Of a stretch of DNA of 50,775 nucleotides, positions 44,949-50,775 are shown one piece after another. Below the pieces are notes generated by a model. That model ran no database searches, was not told the DNA's origin, and saw nothing but the letters and a program-made list of their open reading frames with translations. The DNA lies in the NCBI GenBank assembly GCA_017452545.1, contig JAFTME010000003.1, forward strand, positions 1-50,775. The letters are read 5' to 3'. This stretch comes from Clostridia bacterium (lineage in GTDB: Bacteria > Bacillota > Clostridia > Oscillospirales > CAG-272). The number at the start of each line of letters is the position of its first letter. Within the stretch, counting starts at the first letter, position 1. A program made the translations under genes and the position numbers.

Positions 44949-47186
44949 ATGGCAAAAAAGGAAATCGACGTAAAAAAGGAGGCTGCCAAGGCGGCAGCAG
45001 CAAAGAGCAAGACGGCAAGTGCCAAGGCACCTGTCGCCAAGAGCACGACAGGAAAGGCAGCGAAGCCCGCAGCAAAGGCGGTGACAAAGCCTGCGACAAA
45101 GGCGGCGCCCAAGGCAAGTAACCAAAAGGGCAAGGCTGACACCAAGGCGATCGCAGCGGGTACGGTCATGCAGGCCGTTCCCGAGGACGAGACGATCGGC
45201 GGCTACAACAACACCAGCATCAAATCCCTCAAGGGAGAGGAGCGCGTTCGTAAGCGCCCTGCCGTTATTTTCGGCTCGGATAGTCTGGAGGGCTGCGAGC
45301 ACGCATTTTTTGAGATTTTATCCAACTCGGTGGACGAGGCGCGTGAGGGCAATGGTGACGTGATCACCGTCACGGCGTTCCGCGATCATTCCATCACGGT
45401 AGACGACCGCGGACGCGGTATCCCGCTGGGCTACAACGCGAATGAGGGTCGCTGGAACTGGGATCTGATCTTCTGCGAGCTGTATGCGGGCGGTAAGTAC
45501 GACAACAACAACGAGGATGCAGCGTACGAATATTCGCTCGGTCTGAACGGTCTGGGTGCGTGTGCGACGCAATGCGCCTCGGCTTATATGGACGTTTATT
45601 CCTACGACGGAAAAAACGAGTACTCCATTCATTTCCGCAGAGGTCGACCGGTCAGCGAGCTGCAGAGCCGCCCGCTCTCCCCTGCCGAGCGCCGCACGGG
45701 CACGGTCATTCACTGGCTGCCTGATCTTGAGGTGTTCACCGACATCGCCATTCCCTACGATCACTTTGCCGCAACCATGAAGCGCCAGTCGGTGGTCAAC
45801 CCCGGCATTCGCTTTGTGTTGCACACCGAGGGCGAGGACGGCTCGCTGAGCGAGCAGACCTTCCTGTACGAGAACGGCATTATGGACTACATCTCCGAGA
45901 TGGTCGGGGAGAGCTCCATGACGGCACCCGTACAGTGGCATCTGGAGACGCAGGGGCGCGACCGCGAGGACAAGGCGGAATACAAGTTCAAGGCGGACAT
46001 CTCCTTCTGTGTATCCAACACGGTCAGCCTGCAGGAATATTACCACAACTCCAGCTTTTTGGAGCACGGCGGCTCGCCCGACGATGCCGTCCGCTCGGCA
46101 TTCGTTTATGCGCTGGACAAATATATGAAGAACCACGGCAAGTACAACAAGACCGAGAAAAAGATCACCTTCATTGACGTTGCCGACTGTCTTGTGCTGG
46201 TCATCAACTCGCACTCGACCATGGTCTCCTATGAGAACCAGACCAAAAAAGCCATCACCAACGAATTTATCCGCGATGCGCTCAACGAGTTTATCCGCAA
46301 CCAGCTGGAGGTTTATTTCATTGAGAACCCCAACGCTGCCGAGGTGTTCTCCAATCAGGTACTGATCAACAAGCGCAGCCGTGAAACGGCGGAGGGCACC
46401 CGTCTGCAGATCAAGAAAAAGCTGACCGGAACGATGGACGTGACCAATCGCGTTGAAAAATTCGTCAGCTGCCGCTCCCGTGATCCGCTGCGCCGCGAGC
46501 TCTACATCGTAGAGGGCGACTCGGCTCTGACCTCGTGTAAGCTGGGACGCGACGCCGAATTCCAGGCGATCATCCCTGTGCGCGGCAAGACGCTCAACTG
46601 TATGAAGGCGGACTACGAGCAGATCTTCAAAAGTGAGATCATCACCGATCTGTTGCGCGTCATCGGATGCGGCGTTGAAATCACGGGCAGTTCAAAAAAG
46701 AAGATCAAGACGGATATGAACGAGTTCGATCTTTCGCTGCTCAACTGGTCCAAAATCATCATTTGTACCGATGCCGACGAGGACGGCTTCCAGATCCGCA
46801 CGCTGCTGCTGACGCTATTCTACCGTCTGCTGCCGACGCTGCTCAAGGAGCACAAGGTCTTTATTGCGGAGACGCCGCTCTTTGAGATCACCGTCAAGGA
46901 CAAGACGTATTTTGCATACGACGAATTTGAAAAGGCAGAGATCCTCAAGAAGCTGGGCAACAAGAAATACACGCTGCAGCGCTCCAAGGGTCTGGGTGAG
47001 AACACCTCGGACATGATGTGGGAGACGACCATGAACCCTGCCTCGCGCCGACTGGTTTCCGTTGCGCCGACCGACCCTGCGGCAACCGAGGAGATCTTTG
47101 ACATTCTGCTGGGCAACAATCTGCCGGGGCGCAAGGCGTTTATCGCCGAGCACGGCTCGGAGTATATCAAGGATGCGGACGTGTGA
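44949..47186 (+). CDS. Type IIA topoisomerase B subunit (ParE/GyrB family) with Lys/Ala-rich N-terminal tail
   Basis: GHKL motifs EILSNSVDE, DRGRGIP, GLNGLG; TOPRIM EGDSA, PVRGK, DADEDG; KGLGE. Confidence 0.93.
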   Translation: MAKKEIDVKKEAAKAAAAKSKTASAKAPVAKSTTGKAAKPAAKAVTKPATKAAPKASNQKGKADTKAIAAGTVMQAVPEDETIGGYNNTSIKSLKGEERVRKRPAVIFGSDSLEGCEHAFFEILSNSVDEAREGNGDVITVTAFRDHSITVDDRGRGIPLGYNANEGRWNWDLIFCELYAGGKYDNNNEDAAYEYSLGLNGLGACATQCASAYMDVYSYDGKNEYSIHFRRGRPVSELQSRPLSPAERRTGTVIHWLPDLEVFTDIAIPYDHFAATMKRQSVVNPGIRFVLHTEGEDGSLSEQTFLYENGIMDYISEMVGESSMTAPVQWHLETQGRDREDKAEYKFKADISFCVSNTVSLQEYYHNSSFLEHGGSPDDAVRSAFVYALDKYMKNHGKYNKTEKKITFIDVADCLVLVINSHSTMVSYENQTKKAITNEFIRDALNEFIRNQLEVYFIENPNAAEVFSNQVLINKRSRETAEGTRLQIKKKLTGTMDVTNRVEKFVSCRSRDPLRRELYIVEGDSALTSCKLGRDAEFQAIIPVRGKTLNCMKADYEQIFKSEIITDLLRVIGCGVEITGSSKKKIKTDMNEFDLSLLNWSKIIICTDADEDGFQIRTLLLTLFYRLLPTLLKEHKVFIAETPLFEITVKDKTYFAYDEFEKAEILKKLGNKKYTLQRSKGLGENTSDMMWETTMNPASRRLVSVAPTDPAATEEIFDILLGNNLPGRKAFIAEHGSEYIKDADV

Positions 47187-47204
47187 TCCGCAGAGGGAGC
47201 TATT

Positions 47205-49520
47205 ATGAAACACCGTTTTTTACACGCGCTTGGAACGCTTCTGTGCTTGATACTGCTTTTGGGGCTTTTTGCCTGCACAGCGCCCGAGCCGACGCCGGAT
47301 GATCCTCAGAAGGAGAACACGCCGCCGACGGAGGAGACGGTCACGCTGGTCAGCGAGGGGAAAACGTCCTATCGCATCGTCCGCTCCGATCTTTTGCCGA
47401 GCGGGCACGAGGTCGTCAAATCGGTCGTTGCGCTGCGTCGGGCGTTTGAAGAGCACGTCGGCTGCAAGATCGCCATCGCCACCGACTGGGAGGACAAGGA
47501 CAACAACGCGGACATTCTTGAGATCGTGGTCGGAGAGAGCAATCGCGCCATCAGCGCGCTGCTGCCCGACGATGCGCCGGAGGATGCCTACTATATCTTT
47601 TTTGAGGACAACAAGCTGTACATCGGCGGCGCCAATGAGCAAGCGACCGTTTATGCCGTGCAGCACTTTATCGACACCTATCTCGTCGGTGCGACCGACG
47701 GCACGCTCGCCGTTCCTGCGGCGCTCAACGTCGTTGGCACGTTTGATTTCAAGCATCCCACCGTGCTGTACGTGCTTCACACGATCAAAAGCGTCAGCGG
47801 AGAGGAGAAGACAACGGTAGAATACAACGACGTCGTTCGTCTGCTTGCCTCCCTGCAGGGGCGAGTCAACAAGCAGGCGAGCAAAACGGGCGTTTACGTT
47901 TATCAGATCTTTGACGGCTTTGATCCGTTCTGGCTGGATTACATCAGCGAGGAGGGCAAGCTGCTGGAAGGACACACCCGTCACGATCTCGGCTCGATGA
48001 GCGAGGTCTGGGCGGCGTTTGGAGCATTTATCACCGAGGCGGGCATGGTTCTCTGGGATCCTGCCGTGCCCTCAACTGCCAACGTTGCCGCGACCGTTTG
48101 TGCGGTGGACGGCTATTTGCCGGTCCGCTACGACCCGTCGCCCGACAGCCTGTATTCCTGGCTGCGCGACAAGGGCGTCGCCGTCAAGCTGGATCTTTGC
48201 GACCTCTTTGACGGAGAGTTCGGCACAAGCATTGACGACACAAGCATTCCCTCCACCGGCTCGATCAAATGCGACCCGTATTTATGGGCGCTGGACAAGT
48301 ACGGGGATCGCGTCAACCCCAATATGCTCGCCTACGTGCTGGACGGTGCGACACAGGTTGCCGAAAACCCCGTCTATCAAAAGGCGGAGAGCACCAATCC
48401 CGACTGGAATCAGCTTTACTCGCACGATTATCTGATCTACAACGAATGCTTTTTCTTTGATCTGACCTGCGTTTCGGACGAGCAGCCGAGCGACGATCCC
48501 TCCCAGCCGATGGGCACGGATGCGACGACGCTTGTGACCGTTCTGGACTTTTTCTGCAAGAAAAACAACGGAAACATGGCAAAGCTGATGGGCTTCCCGC
48601 CCTGGTACGTCAAATACTCCACCCACGGGGGCAACGGCAGCCTCAATCCCACCGAGCTGGAGTTTGCCTTTACCGAGACCATCACACAATACAATTTCGT
48701 CAAGGAAGCCGATGCGGCGCATCCCTCCTGGATGACCAACGGATCGGTCTACACACAATACGAGCCGACCGTACTCTACACCAACACGGAGTCGCCCGTC
48801 GAGGAGATCTTTGACGACAACACCTATTATTTTACCATCTACATGGGTGACTACGATTCCTCAGCTTGGTTCAAGGCGAGAATTCCCACCTTCTTTATGC
48901 AGGACGAGGGGCGCGGACAGTATCCTTTGATGTGGGCCTTCAATCCCAATCTCGGCGACCGTATACCCATGGTATTTGATTACGTATACGAGCACGCGAC
49001 GCCCAACGACTATTTCGTCACGGGTGACAGCGGCGCGGGCTACGTCAACCCCGATATGCTGCCCGACATTGACGCGTGGGTGGACTACAACGAGCCCTAT
49101 ATGCAGAAATACGATATGGACATCGTCGGATTTATGATCCACGCGAACGGCTTGACCGCGCGCGAGATGGCGGCTTACGCCCGCTTTGCGCCCATCGGCT
49201 CGTTCCACAACGACAGCTCGCAGCAGCTGATCGTTTACAACGATCAGACCGTGTTCATGCATCTGATGAACGAGATCGTTCCCTCGACGGATGATTTCAC
49301 GCCGCGCAGGATGTATGAATACACCATCAGCAACGGCACCAATTTCGCCGCATACCGTGCAGTCTGCAAGAGCCCAACCGAGATCAACGGTGCCATTGAG
49401 CAGTTTATTGCTTACGCAGAGAAGCAAAATAGCAGCTACACCTACAAATGCGTTGATCCCTACACCCTGTTTGACCTCGTACTGCAATCGGGGCAGGGCG
49501 AGTATATTTACGGGGAGTAA
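47205..49520 (+). CDS. Lipoprotein with GH20b-like N-domain and GxGYxYP-family putative glycoside hydrolase domain
   Basis: Lipobox LFAC; LQGRVN, YMGDYDS, PLMWAFNP and SGAGYVNP motifs. Confidence 0.8.
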   Translation: MKHRFLHALGTLLCLILLLGLFACTAPEPTPDDPQKENTPPTEETVTLVSEGKTSYRIVRSDLLPSGHEVVKSVVALRRAFEEHVGCKIAIATDWEDKDNNADILEIVVGESNRAISALLPDDAPEDAYYIFFEDNKLYIGGANEQATVYAVQHFIDTYLVGATDGTLAVPAALNVVGTFDFKHPTVLYVLHTIKSVSGEEKTTVEYNDVVRLLASLQGRVNKQASKTGVYVYQIFDGFDPFWLDYISEEGKLLEGHTRHDLGSMSEVWAAFGAFITEAGMVLWDPAVPSTANVAATVCAVDGYLPVRYDPSPDSLYSWLRDKGVAVKLDLCDLFDGEFGTSIDDTSIPSTGSIKCDPYLWALDKYGDRVNPNMLAYVLDGATQVAENPVYQKAESTNPDWNQLYSHDYLIYNECFFFDLTCVSDEQPSDDPSQPMGTDATTLVTVLDFFCKKNNGNMAKLMGFPPWYVKYSTHGGNGSLNPTELEFAFTETITQYNFVKEADAAHPSWMTNGSVYTQYEPTVLYTNTESPVEEIFDDNTYYFTIYMGDYDSSAWFKARIPTFFMQDEGRGQYPLMWAFNPNLGDRIPMVFDYVYEHATPNDYFVTGDSGAGYVNPDMLPDIDAWVDYNEPYMQKYDMDIVGFMIHANGLTAREMAAYARFAPIGSFHNDSSQQLIVYNDQTVFMHLMNEIVPSTDDFTPRRMYEYTISNGTNFAAYRAVCKSPTEINGAIEQFIAYAEKQNSSYTYKCVDPYTLFDLVLQSGQGEYIYGE

Positions 49521-49583
49521 CAAGAAGAAATCGGGGCTCTGCCCCACACCTCGCATATAAACACCCGAAATGGAGGATTTATT

Positions 49584-50552
49584 ATGAATATCGCAATGTT
49601 GAGCGGCTGGCACGTCCATGCGGAGGGCTATGCCAAGGAATTCAATTCGATCCCGGGAGTCAAGGTTACTGCCGTTTGGGATGAGCTCCCCGAGCGGGGA
49701 CGCGCATGGGCAGAAAAGCTGGGGGCGACGTTCTACGAGGACGTGGATGCGCTGCTCGCCGACCCGAGCATCGACGCGGTCGCCTGCTGTGCACCGACCA
49801 ATCTACACGGCGATCTGCTTTGCCGTGCGGCAAACGCAGGCAAGCACATTTTCACCGAGAAGGTTCTCGCGCTGACGTGCGAGGAGGCCTATGCCATCCG
49901 CGATGCGGTTGCTGCGGCAGGCGTACGCTTTGTGATTTCCTTCCCGCATCAGACCAACCGTGCGCTGCTCAAGGCAAAGCAGCTGTGCGAGCAGGGTGCT
50001 TTGGGCACACTGACCTACGGGCGGATGAGAAACGTACATTCGGGCTCCATTCGCGACTGGCTGCCGCCCCACTTCTACAGCCGCGAGCAATGCGGTGGCG
50101 GTGCGATGATCGATCTGGGTGCGCACCCGATGTATCTGCTTGCGTGGTTCCTCGGCAAGCCCTGTGCGGTTTCCTCGGCGTTTACCAACGTGACCGACCG
50201 CCCGGTAGAGGACAACGCGGTCAGCCTTCTGGAGTTTGAGGGCGGCGCGATCGGTGTATCCGAGACCGGCTTCGTTTCGCTGTGCGATCCGTTTACGCTG
50301 GAGATCAGCGGCACGGCGGGTTGGCTGCGCGTGGTCGGCGGTGAGCTGACGGTTCGTCTTGACGGACAGAGCAAGGTCTACACGGCAGAGGAGCTGGACG
50401 TGACAAGACCGGCGCCCATTCCCTATTTCGTTGATCTTGTGACAAACGGCGGAGACGGTGCCTTCTACGGCATGGACGAGGCGGTTCGTCTGACCGAAAT
50501 TATGGTCGCAGCCTACGGCGCGGCACAAAGCAGGAAAAAGACGGAAGTGTAA
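49584..50552 (+). CDS. Gfo/Idh/MocA family oxidoreductase
   Basis: HAEGY, PTNLH, GKHIFTEKVL and GGGAMIDLGAH motifs. Confidence 0.93.
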   Translation: MNIAMLSGWHVHAEGYAKEFNSIPGVKVTAVWDELPERGRAWAEKLGATFYEDVDALLADPSIDAVACCAPTNLHGDLLCRAANAGKHIFTEKVLALTCEEAYAIRDAVAAAGVRFVISFPHQTNRALLKAKQLCEQGALGTLTYGRMRNVHSGSIRDWLPPHFYSREQCGGGAMIDLGAHPMYLLAWFLGKPCAVSSAFTNVTDRPVEDNAVSLLEFEGGAIGVSETGFVSLCDPFTLEISGTAGWLRVVGGELTVRLDGQSKVYTAEELDVTRPAPIPYFVDLVTNGGDGAFYGMDEAVRLTEIMVAAYGAAQSRKKTEV

Positions 50553-50565
50553 GGGGAGAATAGAT

Positions 50566-50775
50566 GCGGGGGAGAAAACTTTTTTGAAATACAGGTTTCT
50601 CCCCCGCCCCCCTCTTTCAAAAAACTTTGGGAAAAGGGAATATATGGTTTCGGGGTAAAGAGCGCCGAGGCGAAATTCGCCTCGGCGCTTGTTATCCTCG
50701 GTCGAGCCTTTGCGGCTGCGACGATTGCCTTCCCTGTTTTTTCAAGATTTTTTGGAAAGGGGCGTGGGGGGAACC
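50566..50775. repeat. Inverted pair of family-A repeats (second copy cut by the window edge)
   Basis: Copy at 50566-50628, inverted copy from 50744, and the internal hairpin AGCGCCGAGGCG..CGCCTCGGCGCT. Confidence 0.85.

Noticed and set aside
43892-47186. Metallophosphoesterase plus GHKL/TOPRIM protein as an anti-phage defence pair
   Set aside because: The topoisomerase subunit has canonical ParE/GyrB motifs with host-like codon usage, and there is no defence-island context.
22108-50775. Family-A repeats as a CRISPR array
   Set aside because: They are dispersed, inverted, variable in sequence, have no regular spacers, and no cas genes are present.

Overview
GC-rich chromosomal segment of a spore-forming Clostridia-like bacterium (inferred from cotJABC, sigma-A promoters and AGGAGG ribosome binding sites). 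Most of it is housekeeping or surface biology: tRNA-Arg(ACG), an M42 peptidase, a MoxR-DUF58-transglutaminase operon, a giant BspA-type LRR/MucBP surface protein, a Ca2+ P-type ATPase, gdhA, two modular glycan-active lipoproteins, a PfkB kinase, two metallophosphoesterases, an ArsR-HMA-CadA metal efflux operon, GTP-dependent PEPCK, an FtsX-type ABC exporter, a membrane-bound XRE regulator, an orphan type IIA topoisomerase B subunit and a Gfo/Idh/MocA oxidoreductase. Strongest unusual signal: cotJC is cut at the codon of a conserved metal-ligand Glu (~4273), and everything to its left (1-~4272, AT-richer, ABC transporter plus paralogous lipoproteins) looks like one end of an integrated element, a candidate skin-like, sporulation-excised insertion. 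Second signal: a family of hairpin repeats sits 13-16 nt after stop codons, and one pair brackets an AT-rich NUDIX gene as a 494-bp cassette. Third: a ~315-nt densely structured non-coding insert lies inside the metal efflux operon. All product calls come from motif recognition by eye; no database searches were run.
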